Assembly (NCBI GenBank): GCA_022572885.1
Contig: JACZVC010000011.1
Location: forward strand, 1,055 to 65,054
Source: Pseudomonadota bacterium
Lineage (GTDB): Bacteria > Pseudomonadota > Gammaproteobacteria > Steroidobacterales > MnTg04
Direction: 5' to 3'
Length of the DNA: 64,000 bases
The notes under the pieces were generated by a model that had not been told where the DNA came from, did not search any database, and saw only the letters and a program-made list of their open reading frames with translations. A program made the translations under genes and the position numbers. Positions 7,939 to 17,399 of the stretch are shown one piece after another (position 1 is the first letter of the stretch; every line of letters starts with the position of its first letter).

Positions 7939-8325
7939 TTATTGCGCCCCCATCGACACCACCGCCGCTAACGCAAGAACAGCGATCGCGATCACGGCGC
8001 CGGCAATCACAACGGGCGTGACCAGGATGGATTTGCCGACATCGATCTTCGTCACTTCGATCGAGTGTACTTCGTCCCAGTAGATCGTCTCGCCAAGCCC
8101 GGCTGCGTCGGTACCGATGAAGTACTCGTCCTTGTTCTCGACGACCTCCAGTTCATAGCGGTCGCCGGTCACCAGGATTACCGTCACTTTGTCGCCTTTT
8201 GCGATGGCTGTTTCACCCACCTTGGCGGCAGCCGTTTCGACGCCACTGGTCGTGGTGCAGGCGATGTTCAGCAACATGCACAAGCAGGCCAGTGTGGATG
8301 CAATCGTGCTTGTTTTCGGGGTCAT
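7939..8325 (-). CDS. Lipoprotein with a C-terminal transmembrane helix, unknown function
   Basis: 128 aa. Lipobox LLNIAC. C-terminal hydrophobic stretch PVVIAGAVIAIAVLALAAVV. Confidence 0.65.
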   Translation of the reverse strand: MTPKTSTIASTLACLCMLLNIACTTTSGVETAAAKVGETAIAKGDKVTVILVTGDRYELEVVENKDEYFIGTDAAGLGETIYWDEVHSIEVTKIDVGKSILVTPVVIAGAVIAIAVLALAAVVSMGAQ

Positions 8326-8600
8326 TGCTCCCTCCCGCCGAGCTTTTTCTTGCTTGGTTTCGACGCATAAGCATCGCCCCGCAGGCCGCGGAAATCAAAT
8401 TGTCCTGGATCCACGGACAAAAGTGGTCGTTGAAATTGAGAATCTTGCAATCCCGCAAACCCTTGACTATGCTTTCTAACAAAGAAAGACAAGGTGGATT
8501 CGACGAATGTCGGTGATGAAAGGCGGAGGTCTTCGCTTCTACGGGGTACCGTATTTACCCAAGGTACTTGGCGGATGAATTTCAAGAGGGCATGACGTAT

Positions 8601-8885
8601 ATGAAAACGGGCGTTGTGATATTTCTTTTTCTGCTTATCACTGGTTGCGTTTCTTCACGGGATTTTTACGTTTCAGAAGGCCAGCTAGCGCACAGCATCG
8701 ATTGTTCGGGCGTTAGTTTCGATTGGGGTCTGTGTTATGTGGAAGCAGGCGAAATATGTCGCGAAAAAGGCTACGAGGTTCTGGAGACAAGTGGCGACAC
8801 GAGCGGAGCCGCGCAAGAAAACCAACCGGGGCTCCATAAAGGCATTGTTACAAACCGCAAAATGATAATTCAGTGTAAGAGCTGA
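8601..8885 (+). CDS. Small Cys-rich lipoprotein, paralogue A
   Basis: MKTGVVIFLFLLITGC lipobox, plus 4 further Cys. Clearly paralogous to 8946-9218 (shared MKTGVV, SEG.L.H.I.CSG, C.EK.YEVL, R.MII.C.S). ATG at 8601 follows AGAGGG. Confidence 0.7.
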   Translation: MKTGVVIFLFLLITGCVSSRDFYVSEGQLAHSIDCSGVSFDWGLCYVEAGEICREKGYEVLETSGDTSGAAQENQPGLHKGIVTNRKMIIQCKS

Positions 8886-8945
8886 TTCCTGGCTCCGCAT
8901 GGCCAAAAAGCGATCGTGGTCAAGCAGCAGTAAAGGGATGGCGAT

Positions 8946-9218
8946 ATGAAAACGGGTGTTGTGTTATTACTTGTCGGGCTGATATCAGCGTGTGTGACTT
9001 CTCGTGAGGTTTATACATCCGAAGGCCACCTGGGGCACCGGATCGAATGTTCAGGTAACACACTTGGCTGGGATCAGTGTCTGGAAAAAGCAGATGAACT
9101 TTGTGGTGAAAAAAGATATGAAGTCCTGCACTCAAGTGACGACCAAACAAGAATATCGCTTGCTGCGAGTTACGTACGTATTCAGCACCGTAACATGATC
9201 ATTGAGTGCGAAAGCTGA
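8946..9218 (+). CDS. Small Cys-rich lipoprotein, paralogue B
   Basis: MKTGVVLLLVGLISAC lipobox, with the same 4-Cys pattern as 8601-8885. Confidence 0.7.
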   Translation: MKTGVVLLLVGLISACVTSREVYTSEGHLGHRIECSGNTLGWDQCLEKADELCGEKRYEVLHSSDDQTRISLAASYVRIQHRNMIIECES

Positions 9219-9312
9219 TCCCCAACCTGGCAAGCACCAAGGCTGAACTGCTAGCGTCGGAATAATGAATGACGTAGGCTTGGCGGTGAACCAGGATCGG
9301 ATTTAAGCACTG

Positions 9313-11088
9313 ATGTCGCTGTATTCGGAACTCAAGCGCCGTAATGTCCTGCGGGTAGCGATTGGCTATCTCGCCGCTTCCTGGCTGCTCATCCAGATCG
9401 TCGAAACACTTTTCCCGGTATTCGGTTTGTCTGATGCGTCGATCAGACTGTCGGTCATCTTGCTGGCCATCGGCTTCCCGCTGATCCTGATCTTCTCCTG
9501 GCTGTATGAACTAACGCCCGAGGGTTTGAAGCTGGACAAAGACGTGGATCGGTCCAGCACCCTGGTACACCACACGGGTAAGAAACTGGATCGCGCGATT
9601 ATCGTCGTGCTCGCGCTGGCCCTTGGCTACTTCGCCTTCGACAAGTTCGTACTCGATCCGGCGCGGGATACTGCAAGAGAAGAAGTGGTCGCCAAACAAG
9701 CACGCACGGACGCGCTGGTGGAATCCTATGGCGAGAAATCCATTGCCGTGCTGCCATTCGTCAACATGAGCGATGATGCCGGCAACGAGTATTTCGCCGA
9801 TGGTATTTCGGAGGAGCTGTTAAACCTGCTGGCGCAGATTCCACAGCTGCGGGTAATCTCTCGCTCCTCGGCGTTTTCGTTCAAAGGCAAGGACATCGAT
9901 ATCCCCACGGTGGCCGAGCGATTGAATGTCGCGCATGTGCTGGAAGGATCGGTGCGCAAGTCCGGCAATAAAGTCCGCATCACGGTGCAGCTTATCGAGG
10001 CACGCTCGGACACGCACCTGTGGTCGGGAACTTATGACCGTGAACTGGACGACATCTTTGCGATCCAGGATGAAATTGCAGCCAATGTTGTCGAGCAACT
10101 CAAAATCACCTTGCTGGGCGATGCGCCCAAAACCAGGAAAACAGACCCCGAAGCGTATGCCCTGTTTCTGCAGGCCCAGCATCTCAATAACCAGTGGAAT
10201 CATGACTTTGTTCCGCAGGCCGTGGCGATGCTGAAACGGGTACTGGAGCTAGACCCGGATTATATACCGGCATGGAATGCATTGAGCCGGTCATATCACC
10301 AGCTGGGCGACCATGAGCTTTCCATTGCAGCCGCGGATATGGCGTTGTCCATCGATCCGGATGATGCTGTAGCGAACGCCTATCGCGGGTGGCGATACAT
10401 GATGTTCGAAAAAAACCTGCTGGCTGCAGGCCGGCTTTTAGCACACGCGATCGCGACTGATCTCAGGAACGAGAACGTTCTCCGTACTGCGATAGTCTTT
10501 GCCTCAATCATCGGTCGGCAGAAGGAAGCTATTGAACTGGGTGAGTATGCGGTCGCTCTAAACCCCCTGTGCATGCCTTGTTTTTATAACCTGTCTAAAG
10601 CCTACCGCAGGGCCGGGCGTTTTGCCGAAGCCGAAGACAGGGCCCGTACTGCAATGCTCCTGGGTCTGTCCATGGACTACAGCATTGCGAAAACGCTGCT
10701 CCTGAAAGGGGATGCGCGAGCGGCATTGGTATTGCTCGAGAAGCTAAGTCCTGGGTACCAAAAACTTCATGCCATGGCGCTGGCCTATTATGAATTAGGG
10801 CGGCAAACGGAGTTTGCGGCGGCGTTTACTGAGCTTCGTGAGCTTGAGAGTGATGATGCGGCCGAGCTAATAGCGAAGATTTATGCGTGGACCGGCGAAC
10901 TCGATGAAGCGTTCAGGTGGCTGGACATAGTGTTAGAGAAAGAAGACCCTGTGTGGATCACAGATTACCTGAATCCGTTTTATCGCAATCTGCATACCGG
11001 CCCGCGCTGGAATATTTTCCTGGAGAAATTGGGACGATCCCCCGAACAACTGGCGGCGATCAAATTCGACGTGAATTGGCCGGATTGA
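9313..11088 (+). CDS. Membrane-anchored TolB-N-like/TPR repeat protein, paralogue 1
   Basis: 591 aa. N-terminal ELKRRNVLRVAIGYLAASWLLIQ helix motif, an SIAVLPF.N.S.D...YFADG module, then TPR-like repeats. Paralogous to 23430-25229. Confidence 0.85.
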   Translation: MSLYSELKRRNVLRVAIGYLAASWLLIQIVETLFPVFGLSDASIRLSVILLAIGFPLILIFSWLYELTPEGLKLDKDVDRSSTLVHHTGKKLDRAIIVVLALALGYFAFDKFVLDPARDTAREEVVAKQARTDALVESYGEKSIAVLPFVNMSDDAGNEYFADGISEELLNLLAQIPQLRVISRSSAFSFKGKDIDIPTVAERLNVAHVLEGSVRKSGNKVRITVQLIEARSDTHLWSGTYDRELDDIFAIQDEIAANVVEQLKITLLGDAPKTRKTDPEAYALFLQAQHLNNQWNHDFVPQAVAMLKRVLELDPDYIPAWNALSRSYHQLGDHELSIAAADMALSIDPDDAVANAYRGWRYMMFEKNLLAAGRLLAHAIATDLRNENVLRTAIVFASIIGRQKEAIELGEYAVALNPLCMPCFYNLSKAYRRAGRFAEAEDRARTAMLLGLSMDYSIAKTLLLKGDARAALVLLEKLSPGYQKLHAMALAYYELGRQTEFAAAFTELRELESDDAAELIAKIYAWTGELDEAFRWLDIVLEKEDPVWITDYLNPFYRNLHTGPRWNIFLEKLGRSPEQLAAIKFDVNWPD

Positions 11089-11121
11089 GGCTGATGGTAA
11101 AGTTGGGAAAACGAAAACTGC

Positions 11122-11550
11122 CTACCCCGTTATATACCTCTCCAACTGATCGATCGTCACTTTCTGCTCGGCAATGATGGTCTTGACCAGGTCGCCCATC
11201 GAGATCAGGCCGAGCATCTGGTCGCCATCCATTACCGGTAAATGCCGGATTCGTTTTTCGGTCATTACCGCCAGGCATTCGTCGACGGTCTGATTAGGAT
11301 CGGCATACACGACCTTGTCGCTCATGATGTCCTTGACCAACGTATCCTTTGACGATCTGTCCTTCAGTACAACCTGTCGCGCATAATCCCGCTCGGAAAT
11401 GATGCCTACCGGTGATTCGTCTCGCAAAACCACGAGCGCGCCGATTCCCTTCTCGGCCATCAGGTGGATCGCGTCATAAACCGAATCATCGGGCCCAATC
11501 GACCAGACTTCATGACCCTTGCCGTGTAAAAGCTGGTTCACTGTATTCAT
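11122..11550 (-). CDS. CBS domain-containing protein
   Basis: 142 aa, with two CBS-like repeats (...GIGALVVL...GIISERD... and ...RHLPVMDGDQMLGLISMGDLV). Confidence 0.88.
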   Translation of the reverse strand: MNTVNQLLHGKGHEVWSIGPDDSVYDAIHLMAEKGIGALVVLRDESPVGIISERDYARQVVLKDRSSKDTLVKDIMSDKVVYADPNQTVDECLAVMTEKRIRHLPVMDGDQMLGLISMGDLVKTIIAEQKVTIDQLERYITG

Positions 11551-11724
11551 TGGAACTTCCCTCTACCGTTGGTTTTTATATCCTGGGACGATCAGGACCG
11601 TTGTCAATCGTCGGCAATATGCCCGAGTATTTCAAGTCTAGTTCCTGACAGGGCGCTTCGCCTTGAGCTGCATCAATACTACTGCCTGTGGTAACTATTG
11701 CCCGTCGAAGACGAAAGACAGGGT

Positions 11725-12882
11725 CTATCCCAGGGCCTGTTTGAACCGCTGGCCAATGCCGCGGAGCCGTGCGACCGGCTCATTGGAAAACACGATCCGC
11801 AGATAACGCCTGCTTTTTTCCGTGCCCCAGTCGACCATCGGCGTCGCCGCAATTTTTCCGCGTTCGAGCAGTCGTTTCGATGCCGTGGCGCCGTCCATGC
11901 CGAGTTTACTGACATCGACCAGCAGCGACCAGCCGCCCTGCGGTGGAATCACGTCATAATCGCTGAGTTCATCAAGCAGCAAATCTCGTCGCCGCTGCCA
12001 CTCGTCGACGCAGGCCTGGATGCCGTTGTCCAGATCCTGCATTGCGGCAGCCACTGCACCCATTGCGATGCCGGTCTGGCAAACCACGTTGGCAATACTG
12101 ACTCGTGCGACATCGGCGATGATCTCCGCCGGCCCGACCACCCAGCCGACGCGCCAGCCGATCATGCGATACTCCTTGGAAGCCGAACCGACGGTGATGG
12201 TCTTGTCGCGCATGGCGGCGAAAGATGCCGGGTGCACGACAGCAAGATCGTTATAAAGAATGCGTTCCATTGCCGAGTCATTGATCAGCCAGCAGTTGGC
12301 TTGCCGGCAGAATTCGGTGACCGTCCGCCACTCCTCGGTGGAAAAAACCGCGCCGCTTGGCATCGATGGGCTCATCATCAACGCGGCCTTGACCGGTCCC
12401 GGATCAATCCTGGCCAACGCCTCGGCATCCAGCCGCCAGCCATCTGCAGAGGGGAGCAGCGGCACAAAGCGCGGTACGCCGCCGGCCAGCCGCACGCGGT
12501 TGATCAATCCGACATAGATCGGGTCGGTCATCAGGACTTCGTCGCCTGGTTCGAGCGTGGCGAGCAAAACGTTCAGGATGCCAGCACAGCCACCGGCACT
12601 GATAACGCACTCAGTCTTCCAGTCGTATTCCAGTCCCGATGATTTGCCAACCAGATCCGCGGCCGCCCGGCGTAGCGCATCCATCCCTAAAAAGGGCAAA
12701 TAGCTGTTGGCGTCGTCATCGTCGATCGCCTGTTTGGTGAAATCGAGTGCCGCCTGCGGGGGCCGCAGGTCCGTATCCAGGTTTTCCAGCCGCAATACCT
12801 CCGGATCATCGAGGCTGTCGGCCAGGTCGGCCATCTGTTCGACACCGATTCTCGTTATGTGTTTGAGGCGTGAGACCGGCAC
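11725..12882 (-). CDS. Pyridoxal-phosphate-dependent aminotransferase (class I/II)
   Basis: 385 aa. SASKEYRMIGWRVGW contains the PLP-lysine motif (SxSK...G.R.G) typical of fold-type I aminotransferases. Confidence 0.9.
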   Translation of the reverse strand: MPVSRLKHITRIGVEQMADLADSLDDPEVLRLENLDTDLRPPQAALDFTKQAIDDDDANSYLPFLGMDALRRAAADLVGKSSGLEYDWKTECVISAGGCAGILNVLLATLEPGDEVLMTDPIYVGLINRVRLAGGVPRFVPLLPSADGWRLDAEALARIDPGPVKAALMMSPSMPSGAVFSTEEWRTVTEFCRQANCWLINDSAMERILYNDLAVVHPASFAAMRDKTITVGSASKEYRMIGWRVGWVVGPAEIIADVARVSIANVVCQTGIAMGAVAAAMQDLDNGIQACVDEWQRRRDLLLDELSDYDVIPPQGGWSLLVDVSKLGMDGATASKRLLERGKIAATPMVDWGTEKSRRYLRIVFSNEPVARLRGIGQRFKQALG

Positions 12883-12932
12883 GATACTTACCCCCGATTG
12901 GAAACAGCATGTTATCAGAAACGCTAACGCGG

Positions 12933-13307
12933 TTACGGTCGTCTTGACTTGCGGCGCCGATGAAACACCCAGCCATAGATCGCGACATTGAGCAGGATTA
13001 CCACGCCCGCCAATCCCAGTTGCAGGTCGCGGGTCAGGCCGTCCGGGTAAATGACCGGGTAAAGATAATGCTCGATGAAGCTCTCGCTATAGCCGGCATC
13101 GCCGGCGGCGCGCCGGAGCCAGACTTCGATCGTCGTTAACGGGCAAAGACGGCCGGTTATTTCGATAAAGGCGCCCCAGGCGGCGGCGGGGATGTGGATC
13201 GCCGGCGCCCAGCGGAATCGCAACGCGAACAGGCCGCCGAACAGCACGAACACGATAAACAGGAAGTGGAAAACCAGGAAGAAGTCAGCGACGATACGGT
13301 AGTACAT
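12933..13307 (-). CDS. DUF2784 domain-containing membrane protein
   Basis: 124 aa from the internal ATG (MYYRIVADFFLVFHFLFIVFVLFGG...CPLT..E.WLR). The 213-aa ORF-track version would run through the SRP RNA gene. Confidence 0.75.
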   Translation of the reverse strand: MYYRIVADFFLVFHFLFIVFVLFGGLFALRFRWAPAIHIPAAAWGAFIEITGRLCPLTTIEVWLRRAAGDAGYSESFIEHYLYPVIYPDGLTRDLQLGLAGVVILLNVAIYGWVFHRRRKSRRP

Positions 13308-13385
13308 TGATCCATCCGCGGCCAAGGAAGTCAGGGGCGGCCCAACGGGTTTCACCGACCAGTATACATTTTGGCCGTGTTTTAC

Positions 13386-13413
13386 TTGCGATTTCTGGCC
13401 AAGTGGATAGAGT
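13386..13413 (+). promoter_or_regulatory. Putative sigma70 promoter of the SRP RNA gene
   Basis: TTGCGA (13386-13391), a 16-nt spacer, then TAGAGT (13408-13413). The predicted RNA 5' end lies 8-9 nt downstream. Confidence 0.35.
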
Positions 13414-13421
13414 TTCATCCT

Positions 13422-13530
<109 letters not shown>

Positions 13531-13573
13531 TTGTTAATTATTGATATTGCCACGAAGAGTTGCTTAAAAAACA

Positions 13574-15145
13574 ATGGCTTACCTAGTATTGGCTCGCAAA
13601 TGGCGGCCCCGGAAATTTTCCGAGCTGGTCGGTCAGGACCATGTGGTACGGGCCTTGATCAATGCGCTGGATCGCGATCAGTTGCATCACGCCTATTTGT
13701 TTACCGGTACCCGCGGCGTGGGCAAGACCACGATCGCGAGAATTTTCGCGAAGGCGCTGAATTGCGAGCAGGGCGTCAGTTCCACGCCGTGCGGCGAATG
13801 CACCTCCTGCCTGGAAATTGACGAGGGCCGCTTTATCGATCTGATCGAAGTGGACGCGGCCTCGAACAGAAAGGTGGAGGAAACCCGCGAGTTACTTGAC
13901 AACGTCCAGTATTCGCCGGCACGGGGCCGCTACAAGGTTTACCTGATCGACGAAATCCACATGCTGTCGAAGCACTCTTTCAATGTCTTGCTGAAAACCC
14001 TGGAAGAGCCACCACCGCATGTGAAATTCCTGCTGGCGACTACCGAACCGCAAAAACTGCCGATCACTGTCATTTCCAGATGCCTGCAGTTCAATCTCAA
14101 GCGCCTGCCGGTGGCTTTAATCGAGGAACGGCTGAAGCTGATCGCCAAAGAGGAACAGATTCAGGCGGAAGCAGGTGGTCTGCGGCTGTTGGCGGAAGCG
14201 GCCGATGGCAGCATGCGTGACGCTCTGAGCCTGATGGATCAGGTCATCGCTTTTGGCGACGACGGCATCACCGAGGCTGACGCCCGGCTTATGCTTGGCA
14301 CGATTCCCCGGGAGCAGGTTCTCAAGTTGTTGTATTTGCTGGCCGGTAAGGATGGGCCCGGTCTGCTCGCGCACATTGGTCACATGGACGAGCTGGCGCC
14401 GGATTACAGCGATGTTCTGGATCAGTTGCTGGGGCTCTTGAAGACGCTGGCGCTGGCCCAGGTCGTTCCCGAAGCGGCCGCGGGCGCGGAGGGTATCGCC
14501 GAGCTGACCGGCCTGATCGCACCTGAAGACGTGCAGCTTTTCTATGATATTGGGGTCAAAGGCAGGGTCAGCGTCGCGCAATTGCCCGACCCGCGCACCG
14601 CTTTTGAGATGCTGATGGTCCGCATGCTGGTGTTTTCACCGGCTGCCGATACCGAGCCAGGTGATGGCCAGATCATGCCGGTCGGCGACAATTCGAGCAT
14701 CGGCAGTACCGGCAAAGCGGCGGCAGGCCAGGAGTCTGCCGGGCCGGTAACAAGTGGTGAGCTGGCACACGAGGACTGGGCAGCGCTGGTCGGGAAATTG
14801 CCGATCAGTGGCGCGACCAAACAACTGGCTTCGAATTGCGAGCTGGAACGGCAGGAAGAGGGCGCTATCTGGCTGCGTCTCGCCCCCGAAGCCGCCAGTA
14901 TGCTGACCGACCAGTTGAAGAAACGATTGCGCAAGGGCCTGGCCGATTATTTTGAACGCGATCTGCAGTTGCATATCGAAGCTGGCGAGACCCGGTCTGA
15001 AACACTGGCCGGCCGCAAGGGCCGGGAAGCGATCGAGAGACAGCGTGCCGCCGAACAGTCTATCGCCAGCGACCCGAACATCCAGGCGATGCAGGAAGCA
15101 TTCGGTGCATCGGTCCAGGATGGTTCGGTCCAGCCCCTGGACTGA
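13574..15145 (+). CDS. dnaX: DNA polymerase III subunit gamma/tau
   Basis: MAYLVLARKWRPRKFSELVGQDHV, Walker A GTRGVGKTT, Zn module CGECTSC, and YKVYLIDEIHML. Confidence 0.97.
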   Translation: MAYLVLARKWRPRKFSELVGQDHVVRALINALDRDQLHHAYLFTGTRGVGKTTIARIFAKALNCEQGVSSTPCGECTSCLEIDEGRFIDLIEVDAASNRKVEETRELLDNVQYSPARGRYKVYLIDEIHMLSKHSFNVLLKTLEEPPPHVKFLLATTEPQKLPITVISRCLQFNLKRLPVALIEERLKLIAKEEQIQAEAGGLRLLAEAADGSMRDALSLMDQVIAFGDDGITEADARLMLGTIPREQVLKLLYLLAGKDGPGLLAHIGHMDELAPDYSDVLDQLLGLLKTLALAQVVPEAAAGAEGIAELTGLIAPEDVQLFYDIGVKGRVSVAQLPDPRTAFEMLMVRMLVFSPAADTEPGDGQIMPVGDNSSIGSTGKAAAGQESAGPVTSGELAHEDWAALVGKLPISGATKQLASNCELERQEEGAIWLRLAPEAASMLTDQLKKRLRKGLADYFERDLQLHIEAGETRSETLAGRKGREAIERQRAAEQSIASDPNIQAMQEAFGASVQDGSVQPLD

Positions 15146-15182
15146 GCGGCCGTACTGATTAATCCGAGAGTGGAGTGAGTAC

Positions 15183-15506
15183 ATGAAAGCGCAGCTTGGA
15201 CAGCTCATGCGGCAGGCGCAGCAAATGCAGGAAAACCTGGAAAAGGCACAGGACGAACTTGGCCAGCTCGAGGTGACCGGCGAGTCCGGCGGCGGCATGG
15301 TCAAGGTGACGATGAGCTGCAAGCACGACGTCAGGCGGGTGGATATAGATCCCGGTCTGCTGGATGACGACAAGGACATGCTGGAAGACCTGATCGCGGC
15401 CGCGGTAAACGATGCCTGCCGGAAAGTCGAAAAAACCACGCAGGAAAAAATGTCGGGGCTGGCCGGTGGCATGAGTTTGCCGCCCGGCATCGACCTGCCG
15501 TTCTGA
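15183..15506 (+). CDS. ybaB: YbaB/EbfC family nucleoid-associated protein
   Basis: 107 aa. [16 protein letters not shown]...[19 protein letters not shown]. Conserved position between dnaX and recR. Confidence 0.95.
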   Translation: MKAQLGQLMRQAQQMQENLEKAQDELGQLEVTGESGGGMVKVTMSCKHDVRRVDIDPGLLDDDKDMLEDLIAAAVNDACRKVEKTTQEKMSGLAGGMSLPPGIDLPF

Positions 15507-15522
15507 TCCGGTCCGTGTCGCA

Positions 15523-16122
15523 ATGACCTACAGTCCCTTGTTGGCTCGCCTGATGGATGCACTGCGTTGCCTGCCGGGCGTCGGGCCGCGAACCGCCCAG
15601 CGGATGGCATTCCTGTTGCTGGAACGCGAGCGCGACAACGGTCGCGCGCTGGCCGCCGCGCTGGTTGAGGCGATGGACAAGATCGGCCACTGTCAACGCT
15701 GCCGCATGTTGACCGAGGCGGCCACTTGCTCGATTTGCGAATCGAATCAGCGGGATAAAAGCCTGCTCTGTGTCGTGGAGACGCCGGCGGATGTCGCGGC
15801 GATCGAACAATCCGCCGGCTACAGCGGTTTGTATTTTGTGCTGATGGGGCATCTTTCACCGCTGGATGGCATCGGCCCCGAAGAACTGGGCCTGAAACAA
15901 CTGGAAGCCTTGCTCGCAGGGGGCGAGATCGAGGAAATCGTGCTGGCCACCAATCCCACCGTGGAGGGCGAGGCGACCGCGCATTTTGTCGCCGAACTCG
16001 CGGGACGACACCAGGTCAAGGCCAGCCGCATCGCCCACGGCGTACCGATGGGCGGTGAGTTGGAGTATGTGGATTCGAGTACAATTTCACACGCGATCAG
16101 CGGCCGCCAGGCGATGAATTGA
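15523..16122 (+). CDS. recR: Recombination protein RecR
   Basis: 199 aa. [14 protein letters not shown] helix-hairpin-helix, C4 zinc finger CQRC...CSIC, and Toprim VVETPADV. Confidence 0.97.
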   Translation: MTYSPLLARLMDALRCLPGVGPRTAQRMAFLLLERERDNGRALAAALVEAMDKIGHCQRCRMLTEAATCSICESNQRDKSLLCVVETPADVAAIEQSAGYSGLYFVLMGHLSPLDGIGPEELGLKQLEALLAGGEIEEIVLATNPTVEGEATAHFVAELAGRHQVKASRIAHGVPMGGELEYVDSSTISHAISGRQAMN

Positions 16123-16123
16123 T

Positions 16124-16471
16124 ATGAGAGAGGATTGTATTTTTTGCAAAATGGTCAGCGGTGAAATTCAGCCGGACATCGTTCATGAGACCGACAATGT
16201 GCTGGCGTTTCGCGATCTCAACCCGCAGGCGCCGACGCATGTGCTGCTTGTCCCCCGGCAGCACATCGCGACGCTGGACGAACTGCAGGAAGCGGACCAG
16301 GACCTGATTGGCGAGATTGTGGTGGCGGCGACGGAAGTGGCAAGAAAAGAGGGTATCGCTGAGCGCGGTTACCGGCTGGTTGTCAATCACCGGGCCGATG
16401 GCGGACAAACGGTCTTTCACATCCATTTCCACCTGCTCGGTGGTCGGGTGATGAACTGGCCGCCGGGCTGA
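16124..16471 (+). CDS. Histidine triad (HIT) family nucleotide-binding protein
   Basis: 115 aa. CIFCKMV N-terminus and the histidine triad HIHFHLLGG. Confidence 0.93.
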   Translation: MREDCIFCKMVSGEIQPDIVHETDNVLAFRDLNPQAPTHVLLVPRQHIATLDELQEADQDLIGEIVVAATEVARKEGIAERGYRLVVNHRADGGQTVFHIHFHLLGGRVMNWPPG

Positions 16472-16478
16472 AGCCCAC

Positions 16479-17399
16479 CTATCCGCCCGGGTTTTCCATT
16501 AATCTCCGCATCAGGTGCAGCAGTTCACGATAACTGCGGTAACGCCTGGCGCTGATTTCGCCGCTGTCCACGGCAGTCCTGACGCCGCATTGGGGTTCTT
16601 TCAGGTGCAGACAATCGTTGAAGCGGCATTCCCGCATCGCCTGGTCAAACTCGGGGAATCCGATTTCGACCCGCTTGAGTTCCGTTGGCGGCGGCGCAAA
16701 GTCGCGCACGCCGGGCGAGTCGATGATTTCGCCGCCGTCTGGCAAGTGGTGCAGGATCGCCGTGCTGGTCGTGTGCTTGCCTTCGCCGGTGCCCTCGGAC
16801 AGCGTTTGCGTGGCGACGGCAAGACCCGGGATCAGCGTATTGCTCAGCGCAGATTTGCCGACCCCCGACTGCCCGACCAGGATGCTGGTGTGACCGGTTA
16901 ACGCCGTTGCCAGCGATTCCATCGACTCGCTCGTTTTCGCACTGACCGAAACGACCGGGTAACCGATGGTTCGGTATTCGCCGGCCAGATCGACGCCGCC
17001 CAGGTCGGACTTGTTGCAAACCACCAGGCTGTCGGCGCCCATCAGTCGGGCCGCGGCCAGGTAACGGTCGGCGAGAAACTCGTCGACTGGCGGAGTGGGC
17101 GCGATCACCACGACCAGTTGGCTGATATTGGCGGCCAGGATTTCGACACGGCCGCGGCTGTCGGGACGCCGCAGTTCGTTGCGGCGGGCAGCAATCGCGG
17201 TCACTACGCCGTTATGACTGTCGGGATACCACTCGACGTGGTCCCCGCAAACCGCTTTTAGCCGCCGCCCCTTGAGTTGGCAATTCAGCCGCTTTCGCTG
17301 GTCGTCCTCGATCAGGACTCGCCTGCCATAGCTTGCGACCACACGGCCCGGCCTGGATTCGGGGTGAGGTTTTCGCAGGCGGCGGCCGGCGTCAGGCAT
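16479..17399 (-). CDS. rsgA: Ribosome small-subunit-dependent GTPase A
   Basis: Circularly permuted GTPase motifs (NKSDL then GQSGVGKSALSN) and a C-terminal Zn motif CRFNDCLHLKEPQC. Confidence 0.95.
   Translation of the reverse strand: MPDAGRRLRKPHPESRPGRVVASYGRRVLIEDDQRKRLNCQLKGRRLKAVCGDHVEWYPDSHNGVVTAIAARRNELRRPDSRGRVEILAANISQLVVVIAPTPPVDEFLADRYLAAARLMGADSLVVCNKSDLGGVDLAGEYRTIGYPVVSVSAKTSESMESLATALTGHTSILVGQSGVGKSALSNTLIPGLAVATQTLSEGTGEGKHTTSTAILHHLPDGGEIIDSPGVRDFAPPPTELKRVEIGFPEFDQAMRECRFNDCLHLKEPQCGVRTAVDSGEISARRYRSYRELLHLMRRLMENPGG

Noticed and set aside
11698-12642. 314-aa plus-strand ORF over the aminotransferase gene. Similar antisense ORFs lie at 46292-47143, 53411-54076, 61716-62435 and 63370-63969.
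   Set aside because: Each lies opposite a gene with clear family signatures (PLP aminotransferase, Prc, amidohydrolase, DsbA-like, FG-GAP protein), and none shows a recognisable motif of its own.
13574-15145. Programmed -1 frameshift site in dnaX (gamma/tau production, as in E. coli)
   Set aside because: I found no A-AAA-AAG-type slippery heptamer followed by a stem-loop in the gene. The protein is also short (523 aa). I cannot exclude other mechanisms.
14636-15859. 407-aa ORF on the minus strand spanning the dnaX 3' end, ybaB and the recR 5' end
   Set aside because: It is antisense to three genes with unmistakable conserved motifs. Its translation is Arg/Pro/Ser/Ala-rich low-complexity sequence, typical of stop-free mirror frames in GC-rich coding DNA.
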